Below are positions 37,901-48,237 of a stretch of 64,000 bases of DNA, in pieces; position 1 is the first letter of the stretch, and each line of letters begins with the position of its first letter. The position numbers were made by a program, and so were the translations under genes. The stretch spans positions 62,001 to 126,000 of the forward strand of contig JAXLNO010005853.1 of NCBI GenBank assembly GCA_038087875.1, written 5' to 3'. The DNA is from Malacoraja senta. Its lineage: Eukaryota. The notes beneath the pieces are model-generated. The model was given only the letters and a program-made list of their open reading frames with translations. It ran no database searches and was not told where the DNA came from.

Positions 37901-40900
37901 TGGGCCGAATGGTCTCATTCTACTCCTATCGCGTAAGATCCTATGAACCGTGCCTCCCTCAGATGAGCTTCGGGTGCAGACCCTAAGACCCCCACCCCTC
38001 CTAATTCAGTTAACCGCTCCTTTAGTCACCCTCCATCCTCCTCTCTGGTTCCTGGTCTTCAAGGTCAAGGCTCCATCTTGTCCAGACTGAAGCTGAGATG
38101 TCTTTACTTGAGATTGGCCCTTATTAGAATAGTGCAGGAGGTCAGGAGCAGATGGATCAGAGTGAGAATGGGATGGACAATCCAAGTCACAAGTATGGAT
38201 GAACTATTGATAAAGACCGTGTGCTTATTGTATTCAAATATTAAATCATATTCACACTTTAAAACTCTTCTCTATGCAAGGTGATAATGACAGAGCATCC
38301 ATAGTGATTGGAAGGAAGGGTGCGACTGCCACACTGCCCTGTTCCTTCAGCGCCTCAAACAGGAATCCCAGCTCCATCACCATCAGCTGGATGAAGGGGA
38401 ATCCACCAAAATGGTCTGTTGTCTTTCGTCACACTTCTCCCCGCCCAGCAGCACATCGCATTCCTGAAAATGTAAATAAAGGAGATCGATATGAGCTGGT
38501 GGGAAACCTTGAGCAGGGAGACGCCTCCATCAGAGTGAAGGGACTCAAACTGGGTGACGCCAGTGATTACTCCTGTCATGTTTATGTCAGGACTTCAACG
38601 TTGACGACTGTGACTCAGGATGAGATGAAACTGCAGGTTGTGGGTAAGGAAACGTATGTTATGCTGAAAACGATAATATCATATTGAACAACCTTAAGAG
38701 GAATGAGCTCCCAGTGACAGCGTAGACCAGCACAGGAACAGGCCCTTTGGCCCGCAATGTCTGTACCGAACATGATGCTACGTTGATCTCGTCTACCTGC
38801 AGGTGATACATTTCTTCCATTACCTGCATTTCAAAAAGCCTCTAAAACTCCACTATCGTAGCTGCCTCCACCTCCACCCCTAGCAGTATTTTCCTGGCAC
38901 CCACCACCCTCTGTGTAAACAATAACTTTCCCCACATATCTCCTTTCATCTTTTCCCCTCTGTCCTTATCACAATACCGTCTATTCGTTGACATTTCTGC
39001 CACAGGCAAAAGGTTCTGACTCTCTCTCCTATCCATGTCTTTCATATTTTTATAAACTTTCAACAGTCCAGAGAAAGCAGTTCAAGTATGTCCGACCTTT
39101 TCATATAACTAATACCCTCTAATCCAGGCAGCATTCTGGTAAACCTCTTCTGACCCCTTTCCAAAGTCTCCACATCCTTCCTGTAATGGGTGAGAACTGC
39201 ACATAAAACTGAATGCAATAATCCCAGTGTCGTAACTAAAGTTGTATAGAGCTACAACATGACTTCCTGACTCTTGTATTCAGTAGATCGACACTAAAAG
39301 CTGGAGTAACTCACCGGGACAGGTAGCATCTCTGGAGAGAAGGAATGGATGACGTTTTGGGTTGAGTATCTTCTTCCCAACCCAAAACGTGACCCATCCT
39401 TCTCTCCAGAGATGCTGCCTGTCCCGCTGAGTTACTCCAGCTTTTTGTGTCCATCTTCGGTTTTAACCAGCATCTGCAGTTCCTTCCTACACATCTTGTA
39501 TTCAGTACCTTGACCAATTAAACAAGAATACTGTACACGTTTTTAACATGTTGCCATTTTCAGGGAGTTATGGAATTGGATCCCAATATTTTTCTGTACA
39601 TCAGTGGTTTTAAGGGTCTTGCCCTTGTCTACTTTCCACTTGCATTCAACCTCCCAAAGTCAACACTTCACACATGTTCAGATCAAACTCCATCTGCCAT
39701 TTCTCTGCCTATATCTGTATTTAGATTAAAAATTGCAGAATCTTTCGGCAGTTCTACGTTTATCTGCCCTCCTCATGATACTCTTGCATTTTCAATAAGC
39801 ACACTACAGCCCATGAGTGGGTTTGATATTTGAGCTGCCACTTATGTGGACTGTACTCTTGCAATTGGCTTCACTTTCTCATGTTTGAACAGAGGTGAAC
39901 GTCACTGTCTCATCTCCAATGTTGGTGTTGACGGGAGTCTTGTGGCATCTCCAGTGATATTGTCATCAGCCTATGGTTATGGTGGTATGGGTCAGGTACT
40001 ATTGACTTCTGAGGCAGTTCTGGCCAGTTCTTATACAAACAGTAAAGGGCCTGTCCCACTTTGGTGACAACTGAAGACAACTGAAGACTTCTCTTGACGC
40101 CGGTACCTGTCGCCGGTTGACGTAGGTTGACGTAGGTAGTCGCCAATTGAATTCACCGAGGTCAGCACCGGCGACAACCTACGTTATCCTGGCGACAACA
40201 TACATTATCCTGGCGACAACCTACGACAGCATCTACGTCAGGAGAAGACAAGCTACGACAAGCCCAAGGTCGCCGAGTGTCGCCGAAAAGTTTTCACCAT
40301 TTCAAAATGCAGCGGTGACCAGAAAAATGCTACGACTCTTTGGGCGACTTAAGGAGACGACTCACAACCATACAGGTGACACCCGGCGACCGTGTGGTGA
40401 CTACCCAGTCGCCTGTAGTCACCTACAAAATCGCGTATGATGGACTGGCTCTTAAGCAAGTTATTAAAATTGTTGCTTTAAATGTTAGCACAAAGGCTTC
40501 ATGCTGCCCAGACAGAAGATGAGGTGTTGTTACTTGAGATTGGGCCTCGTTAGAACAGTCCAGGAGGTCTGAGACAGACAGATCAGAGTGGGAGTGGGAT
40601 GGAGAATCAAAGTCACAGGCATGGATGATGTATTTTTATAAACCATGTGGAATAGATTGTTAAATACAACTTTTCTCTATACAAGATGGAAAGAAGAACA
40701 CATCCATGGTGATTGGGAAGAGAAGAGATTCAGCCACACTGCCCTGCTTCTTCAGCAACTTGAACAAGAATCCCAGCCCCATCACTGTCCGCTGGATGAA
40801 GGGGAATCCACAGGAAGAGTCCACAGTCTTTAATCACACTCACCCCCACTCTGTGAACCCTCCCTACACTGTCACTGTAAAGGGAGGAGGTCGACATGAG

Positions 40901-42171
40901 CTGGTGGGAAAACTAGACCAGGGAGACGCCTCTATCAGAGTGAAGGAGCTCAGACTGAACGACAGCAGTGACTATTTCTGTTACGTTTGGGTCAGGAATT
41001 CCACACAGGAGACGGTGACTCAGGATGAGACGAAACTGGAGGTTGTGGGTAAGGAAAGATCTGTCTGTGTTGTGCTGTGAACGATAAAATCACATTAACA
41101 ACTGTAAGAGGACATGAGATCCACTGACAGCTGGAGCCGAGATCGGCCCAATCCATTGTAGGTTCCATTCCTTGCCCTGGGCTTCCCTTGCTCAGCACTG
41201 CCCCCAGTGGTTGGAAAACAGTGCTGATTCCAGCCAGGATGCACAGAGCTCCCTGCAGCAGGATCAGAGATTCAGACCCACATTCACCTGCTGAACCTCC
41301 AGTCCCTGTGTCTGTGGCATGGTCTGTGTTGCAAAGATCCACAGACTGCCCTGGGGTATTTACATCCGTCTCTTTCATTCACATCGACTCCGGGAACCTG
41401 TATGTTTTCTCACTGAATATTACATAGAACAGTACAGCACAGGAACAGGCCCTTTGGCCCTCAATATCTGTGCAGAACATAATGGTATTGTAAGTTAAAC
41501 TAATATCATCTGCCGACACATGATCCATATCCCTCCATTCCCTGTAGATCCATGTGCTTCTCAAACACACTATCATATCTGCAAATATTTCACTGCAGTC
41601 TCCTAGGTGTGTCCTTCCAATCCCCATTCAGATGGACTCTATCCGCACACACCATCAACTGTGATTCATTCAATGAATTTAATTGAATTTTTTCCTTCTC
41701 CAAGTCCCAGCCACCATCCTGGAGCTGTCTGTTGTGAGCGACAATGTAACTGGAGAACACACCCTCGTGTGCTGGGCTGAAGGGAAGCCCCCTGCAAACA
41801 TCACGTGGATCGGCCCAGGGAACAGCGCACTGCCTGTGACCAGTAGTGAGATGACAGTCATGCATGATCCAGAGAAATTACTGACTGTGGGAAAACTGCT
41901 TCACCCCAGGCTGCCAGGGAAATACACGTGTGTGGCTGTGAATGAACACCAGAGAGACACGTGTGAGATCCACCTATTCGAGGATGGACTAAGAGCGTTG
42001 GCCATTCGGGCTGCCATTTATGCGGTCTATTTTCTTATAATTGGCTTCACTTTCTGCTGGTTGAAGAGAGGTGAACGTCACCATCTCAGCTCCATTGCCG
42101 GTGTCAACAGGAGGGATGCTGCATCTCCAGTGACAGTGGCAGGTTCTGTTGATGTGGATCAGGCAGTGTAA
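25937..42171 (+). CDS. Siglec-15-like Ig-superfamily receptor, complete predicted gene (leader-V1-V2-V3-V4-C2-TM-tail), join 25937-25985, 28123-28503, 34880-35242, 38281-38643, 40686-41048, 41705-42171; 661 aa
   Basis: The six exons sum to 1986 nt (662 codons including stop). Every intron is GT-AG and phase 1, and there is no internal stop. V1 (WTMETP..VLYCKFTHPNHQYKGKISIIW..RYKPMGNPRKNDAS..CRVE) and C2 (VCWAEGKPPANITWIGP..GKYTCVAVN) resemble my recollection of human SIGLEC15 (WSMQVP..LPCTFTHPHRHYDGPLTAIW..GNPRRNDLS..YFCRVE; LCTAEGEPPPALAWSGP..GRYTCTAAN). No database search was run and splicing is predicted. Confidence 0.8.
28123..28503 (+). CDS. V-set exon 1 (Siglec-15-like, retains F-strand CRVE arginine)
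   Basis: Acceptor gtcttcacag|GC, donor TCAG|gtgagg, 381 nt; B-strand Cys (LYC), C-strand Trp (IIW) and F-strand Cys (NCRVE). Confidence 0.9.
31124..32151. mobile_element. Mirror copy of the 15286-16314 transposon
   Basis: TSD atataat on both sides. Confidence 0.85.
34574..34780. repeat. Penelope-derived hairpin insertion with ~14-bp TSD (mirror at about 12655-12862)
   Basis: Flanked by the direct repeat aacatggtcacaga; internal inverted arms. Confidence 0.7.
34880..35242 (+). CDS. V-set exon 2
   Basis: Acceptor ttctctatacgag| (GAG), donor TTGG|gtaagg, 363 nt; motifs LRCTF, ILWMKG, GDASIRV, DTNNYFC. Confidence 0.85.
35443..35680 (+). pseudogene. Decayed C2/TM exon downstream of V2
   Basis: cagccaccatcttggagc..gataatgtatctggaga and attggcttcactttctagtggttcaacataggtgaacatcac align with the start and TM end of 41705-42171. 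Most of C2 is deleted and the ancestral frame has stops. Mirror at 11750-11987 (-). Confidence 0.8.
36915..37925 (+). mobile_element. CR1 LINE fragment
   Basis: Mirror of 9451-10460. Confidence 0.9.
38281..38643 (+). CDS. V-set exon 3
   Basis: Acceptor tctatgcaag|, donor GTGG|gtaagg, 363 nt; motifs LPCSF, ISWMKG, GDASIRV, DASDYSC. Confidence 0.9.
39775..39990 (+). pseudogene. Decayed C2-end/TM exon downstream of V3
   Basis: gctgccacttatgtggac..attggcttcactttctcatgtttgaacagaggtgaacgtcac aligns with the functional TM/tail (IGFTFSCLNRGERH vs IGFTFCWLKRGERH). It contains an in-frame TGA and its 5' part is replaced by a CR1 fragment. Mirror at about 7380-7595 (-). Confidence 0.75.
40046..40452. 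mobile_element. PIF/Harbinger-like MITE (mirror)
   Basis: TAA TSD on both sides; mirror of 6922-7324. Confidence 0.7.
40686..41048 (+). CDS. V-set exon 4
   Basis: Acceptor ttttctctatacaag|, donor GTGG|gtaagg, 363 nt; motifs LPCFF, VRWMKG, GDASIRV, DSSDYFC. Confidence 0.9.
41705..42171 (+). CDS. C2-set + transmembrane + cytoplasmic exon
   Basis: Acceptor ttccttctccaag|TC, C2 Cys pair, hydrophobic stretch LAIRAAIYAVYFLIIGFTFCWL, basic stop-transfer KR, and TAA ending at 42171. A possible internal donor AGAG|gtgaac lies at 42070/42071. Confidence 0.85.
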
Positions 42172-45100
42172 CTTCAGAGAGAAACAATGCTACATTCCCA
42201 CAGCTATGACCGTGTGTCTGTGGGGTACATGGAGCTGTCCTCACATCAGTCCCACTCAGCGACCCCTCCCTCAGTGGTGTATCTGATACATTTGCAACTG
42301 CATTGCTGCTGATTCCTGCATCCACATAGAACTCAAATTTCACATGCCTCTTAGCTGTCTTCCTTCATCCTAAACCATGGTTTAATCTCTACATTAGCTG
42401 ACAGACCCTTGGCAGCTTTGAATCATTTTCATGAACTTCTTTGCTAATTCTTTCCCCAAGGCAGAGGAAGAATAGATTTTCCCTGATCCTCATTTTCCAC
42501 CCACTAGTCTCTGCATTCATTGGATCAACCTTTATAGCTTCTGTTACCATCGGTGCGGGTCCACCAACAGACACATCTTCCACCTGCCTACACTTTCAAC
42601 ATCCTGAGGGGACCATTCCCTTTGCGACTCCATCATCTGTTCTTCCATTCCATTCAACCATTTACTCGGAAAGTGCATGGTGTAGCTTTCCAGGCTAGAC
42701 TCTGCAATCAACAATATCGGTGTGCTCACTTTCTCTGTCTGTGTCAAAGCTGGTCAGCTGTGTTGTAGATAATCCATCTGCATTATGAACTTGTTTTCCT
42801 CCCTCTACGGGCACGGCCTGATCTGTGGCCATCTCCTGTAGCTCTGGTTTGCATTTGCAGTTTCTACATGTTCTCTTTCTAAATGCCCAGATAGCTTTGT
42901 CAATCATTTATTACTATGGAAACCAGGCCTCTCCCCATAAGACATTCCTTTGTCCCTGTCCCTCTCTCTCTATCTCACTCTTTCTGCACCAACAATCTGT
43001 TTTATTGTCTCAGCTATTCAATCAGTAGCATGAACTCTTTCTCTCTGCACAGATGCCGCCTGACCCGTTGAGTATCCTTTGCACTCAGGAGAGACATTCC
43101 CTTTTCCTTGCGGATCACAGGTGTCCCCTGCATTATGGAGCGTTACGTGTAAGCTGAAACCACATCATTTTTTTTCGCACTAATTCCAAGAGTGCATATT
43201 TTATTCTGCATCTCAAATTTTTCACTGGTGATTTGTGAATTCTGCAAGGGAGAATTTCCATTACCGGAACAGCCGGACTATGGGCTTTACCCAAATTGGA
43301 CTGGTGGTTGGGTTCAAGGATTGGGCACGTCTTGTAACATGAGATGAGATCTCCTGGTAAAGAGGGATGACTACATTGAAGAATCTGGTACCCAGTTCAC
43401 TTGTGTCTGAAGCCGGTTTGCTAAACTTTAATTAAGGCATTTACAATGGAGTGATGCAGTTGGCTAAAGTAGTTTCAAAATGAAAGAAAATGCCGACAGT
43501 AATATTGAGAAGATTATTTGTAAGAGGATTGGGAGATTGTAAGACAGAAGTAAACATCTTAAAAAATTATGAGGACAGGATTGATGGAGAAAATTGGTAA
43601 ATATAAAACGGATAAAAGGAGCTTCTGCAAGTATATAAAAGGAACAGAGTATCCGAAGCAAACAAAGGATGAAAGCACCAAAAGTACTGCAGAGACGCTG
43701 TCTGACGATGCAAAGACAGGTGGGTTAGTAAGTGATGAGGACACAATGGGCCGGCACAGACATATAGACGGTTTAAGTGAGTGGGTAAAAAACTCGCTGA
43801 ATTAGTATGATGGGGGGAACTGTACCCTGTAATGTTGCATTAAAACATCCTTCCTTTTATACACTCATCTTGTGCAATAAAAACCAGCATTCCATTTGTC
43901 TTTACAACTGCTTACAATACCTGCACGCAAGTCTCTTGTGTTTCATGTATACGTACCCAATTTCAGGGGGAAATGAAACGGCAAGTTATTATTTGATTGG
44001 TGTGTGAATGCAAACCTTTTCCTAACTGTCTTCCACATATCTTAACACCATCACCCTCATTCTACGGCCCACTGGTTCCTATTAGATTTCATTCCCCCAA
44101 TATCAGTGCTTGAATTTTGCATACCTACCTCAATGTGGTATTTGATTAAAGATCTTCTGAACATGCAAATACACTGCACCCATTCATATTTTCCTACCAA
44201 TTACATACTTGGAAAAAAACTCCGAGCAGGTTTGTCAAACCTTGAATAAATAAAAATGTGTGCAGTTCTGATAGCCCTAGTACAGGAAGCATGTGGAAGC
44301 TCTTTGGAGAGGGTGTAGAAAAGGTTTACCAGGATTAGAAAGTATGAGCTCTGAGGAGAGGTTGGACATTTTCTCTAGAGAGTCGGATATTCAGGGAAAA
44401 TCTGATAGAAGTATAAAAAACTATGAGAAGCAGAGATTAGGTAGACAGTCAAAACCTTTTCCCCAGGTAGAAATGACAAAGACTAGAGGGTATAGTTTTA
44501 ATATGAGGGGCAGGTTTTTTTCTACATAGAGTGATGGGGCCTGGAATGCCCTGCCAGGTTTAGTGGAATCAGATACAATAGGGCATTGAAGAGGCAATTA
44601 GATAGACACATGGATATACAGGGAAGGGGGGAATGTGGATCACACGTAGGCAGAAGAGGTTAGTTTACCAGCCATCAAATTTGGTAGTGTCATGATGGGC
44701 CGAAGGGCCTGTTCCTGTGCTGTACTGTTCCTATATTCATTAAAATACAAATTGATTTTATCTAATCCCTTGAAACTTTCAAAGTGTGCAGTTATCACGT
44801 ATAGATTCTAGCAAAATAAATGCTAATTGTGTGAGGCTAACTGGTGTGTAGTTTGTTTATTTCTCTCAAACACCATTTGTTGCATTTGACACTTGCAAAC
44901 CTTCAGGAAATGTTGCAGAAGATGTGAAATTTGAGGCCTTTGCGATATGTGCACCTGGGTGCAGGGACAAAGTGGTCTCTTGTCAAGGCAGAAATGGGAG
45001 GCGACATGAAGATAAGACCTGGGGTGGGCATCACGTTGTGGTTGGTGGAAATATCATAAAATTTTCTCGTGGATGTGGAGGCTGGTGGGGTAAAAGATAA

Positions 45101-46373
45101 AGTCCAGGGGAACCCTAAACCTGTTCTGTCTGGAGGAAGGGAGGGGGGGGAGCTGTACGAATGGAGGAGACACAGGTGAGGGCATCATCTACAACTGTAG
45201 GGTGTTGTGGAATTTGGGGGGCAACCGCATTTCCTCTGAAAGGAGGACATTCCAGATATCCTAGAGTGGAAATCACCCATGTTGAAATCATCTCAAGAAG
45301 ATGCTTTCCACTCCAGGAGATCACAATCAATCAATCACAATAATACTTTATTAACCAAGTATGTTTTGCAACATACAAAGAATTTCATTTGTCAATTCAG
45401 TCATACAAATAAAAAGCAATGGACACACAAAATACATTTTAACATAAACATCCACCACAGTGACTCCTCCACATTCCTCACTGTGATGGAAGGCGAAAGA
45501 AAGTTCAATCTCTTCCCTTATTTGCTCTCCCTCAGTTCGGGGCCTCGAGCCCTTCATTGACGGGACGATCTTGACTACAGTAGCCGGCGGCATTTGGGGC
45601 CTCCGCATCATCAGCTCCTGAATCGGGGGGATGTCATCACCCCCCGCGCTGGCGATTGGATCCCCGGGTTGGGGCTGGTCGAACCTCTGCGTCGTTGGAG
45701 TTCCCGACCCTGCCTCTCGCGAGACTGCGAGCTTGATGGTAAAGTCCGCAGGATGCGATTGGAACAATCCCAGACAAGGGTTCAGCTTCGAAGTTAAGTC
45801 CACATCCTGCGGAGGGGCTCCAAAGTCAATCCGAGGAGGCCTCCAGGTCCATTGATATTAAGCCGAAGTGCAACCGGGGATACGACCCGGAAATCATCGC
45901 AACTCCGGCGAGGTAAGAGGCTTCCCCCGACCCCCTCCCCCTCCCCCCACATACAACAAACCGGAGAACATTTACACAACCTTTAAAACACACTAAAAAA
46001 TTAAAAAAGGACGGAAAAACAGACACGACTGTTGGCGGGGCTGCCAATCGTGCACCGCACCTGGTGGAACAGGCAGTATGGGTTTGGGGAATTGTCAAGT
46101 TGGTGGTTTTCGTGGAAAGTGATGAGATATGTTATGGGATGGGAGACAGAGGTCTGCTGGCTGTTCGTAGGTCACTATACGAGGAGGTGTTCAAAGAGCT
46201 GTCCCGTGGACACACCAAGGGTGAATGGAATAGATCTATCAGATGGTATGTCCAGACCGAGGGTGGAACTGATCTACGGTAGAAATGTGTGAACAAGTGC
46301 TGATGGAACTGTGAACATTTCACAATTACCCCCATGCTGCTCAATAAAACTTTGTATCTTCACCTTTTCCCAT

Positions 46374-47325
46374 TTGGATGAAGGGATTCAAAGTAACATT
46401 AGCAAATTTGCAGATGACACAAAGCTGGGTGGCAGTGTGAACTGTGTGGAGGATGCTATGAGAATGCAGGTTGACTTGGACAGGTTGGGGGAGTGGGCAG
46501 AAGCATGGCAGATGAAGTTTAATGCGGATAAATGTGAGGTTATCCACTTTGGTAGCAAAAACAGGAAGGCAGATTAGTATCTAAATGGCGTCAAGTTGGG
46601 AAAAGGGGAAGTACAACGGGATCTGGGGTTCTTGTACATCAGTCTATGAAAGTAAGCATGCAGGTACAGCAGGCAGTGAAGAAAGCGAATGGCATGTTGG
46701 CCTTTATAACAAGAGGAATTAAATATAGGAGCAAAGAGGTCCTTCTGCAGTTGTACAGAGCCCTAGTGAGAACACACCTGGAGTATTGTGTGCAGTTTTG
46801 GTCCCCTAATTTGAGGAAGGACATTCTTGCTATTGAGGGAGTGCAGCGTAGGTTTACAAGGTTAATTCCTGGGATGGCGGGACTGTCATATGCTGAGAGA
46901 ATGCAGCACCTGGGCTTGTACACTCTGGAGTTTAGAAGGATGAGAGGAGATCTCATTGAAACATATAAGATTGTTAAGGGCTTGGACACGCTAGAGGCAG
47001 GAAACATGTTCCCGTTGTTGGGGGAGTCCAGAACCAGGGGCCACAGTTTAAGAATAAGGAGTAAGCCATTTAGAACGGAGACGAGGAAACACTTTTTCTC
47101 ACAGAGAGTGGTGAGTCTGTGGAATTCTCTGCCTCAGAGGGCGGTGAAGGCAGGTTCTCTGGATGCTTTCAAGAGAGAGCTAGAAAGGACTTAAAAATAG
47201 CGGAGTCAGGGGATATGGGGAGAAGGCAGGAACGGGCTACTGATTGGGGATGATCACATTGAATGGCGGTGCTGGCTCGAAGGGCCAAATGGCCTACTCC
47301 TGCACCTATTGTCTATTGTCTATTG
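46374..47325 (+). mobile_element. 5'-truncated CR1 LINE (RT C-terminus, 3' tail)
   Basis: Motifs SKFADDTKLGG and [10 protein letters not shown]; (ctattgt)n tail; ccat TSD; empty site in unit 2 near 52790. Confidence 0.95.
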
Positions 47326-48237
47326 CCATTCCCGCCCCAGCTTTTGCTGACTTTTACAGGATGATATTATAGAACACGATTCACCAAGAGAATCAGATGA
47401 AAAGGCAGCCCTTTCGTACCATGACAGGAAAATAAAATGACTCCTTGACAAATAACAAGAGCAACACAGTAGACTGTAAATCAAATGGCAGTAAAGTTGA
47501 GGAAGGGGAGAAGACCAGGGTGGGGACATTAAAAAATGGAGCACTGTGAGCAGAGGTGCAAGGTTCAGCCACTGATTCTGGATGTTTCTCTCTGTAGGGG
47601 AGACATTCAGGAAAGGGCTTAGACTGGAGTGGAGAAATTGTACAAATATCAAGCTGCCAACAGAAATTGTTGAATAATTCATAGACATAGATCACACAGA
47701 GCACAGGAACAGGCACTCGGCCCATTTCCTCCATTCTGACCATCCAATGCCCTCCAGTACTGATCCTACTTACCTGCACTTAGTCCACGAAGGGGAAGGG
47801 GAGGCGGTGGTTGGATTCACTCGCGTTCTAGAAACTTCCACGGACGCCCAGCTTCCATCACACCACACGGTCAGGCCAGCAGGCTATGTTTCCTCCGGAT
47901 TTCTCCCTATCCCTCTTAATCTCTCCTTATCCCTCTGGATCTCTTCCTCTCCCTCAGGATCTCTTACTCAAGACCTCTCCATCTTCCTCAGGATCTGTTT
48001 CCTCCAACAGGAGTACTCGTTCTCCCTCAGGATCTCTCCCTACTCTCTAGGCCTCCACCAACCACCCACAGCTGGAGCGGCAACCATGGTGCACCATCTC
48101 TCCATCCCAGCGACCACCCGCACTCCCTTCACAAACCCTCCCCCTCTCTCACAAACTCACCCATCAGTCTTCTCTACTCACAAACTCACCCATCCCCTCC
48201 CCTCAGAAATCCACTCTGAGAACGTCAAAGAGTGACA

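Larger units (their letters stand above)
24734..46701. repeat. Right arm of large inverted duplication
   Basis: Reverse complement of 593-22061 plus the unique insert at 25445-26098. Confidence 0.97.

Noticed and set aside
28123-41048. V exons as rearranging Ig/TCR/NAR V segments
   Set aside because: Each exon encodes a complete domain including the G strand and ends in a splice donor. There is no FGxG J motif and no flanking heptamer-nonamer. The cacagtg near 18620 has no nonamer at 12-bp spacing.
5203-42171. Positive selection between the two receptor copies
   Set aside because: A hand count of 36 non-synonymous to 12 synonymous differences is about neutral expectation. The 4/0 counts in V1 and V4 are too small to test.
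43140-43350. Possible cytoplasmic exon containing EQP(E/D)YGLYPNW
   Set aside because: The left arm lacks the candidate AG acceptor, the Tyr motif is out of phase with the TM donor, and it does not fit ITIM or ITAM spacing.
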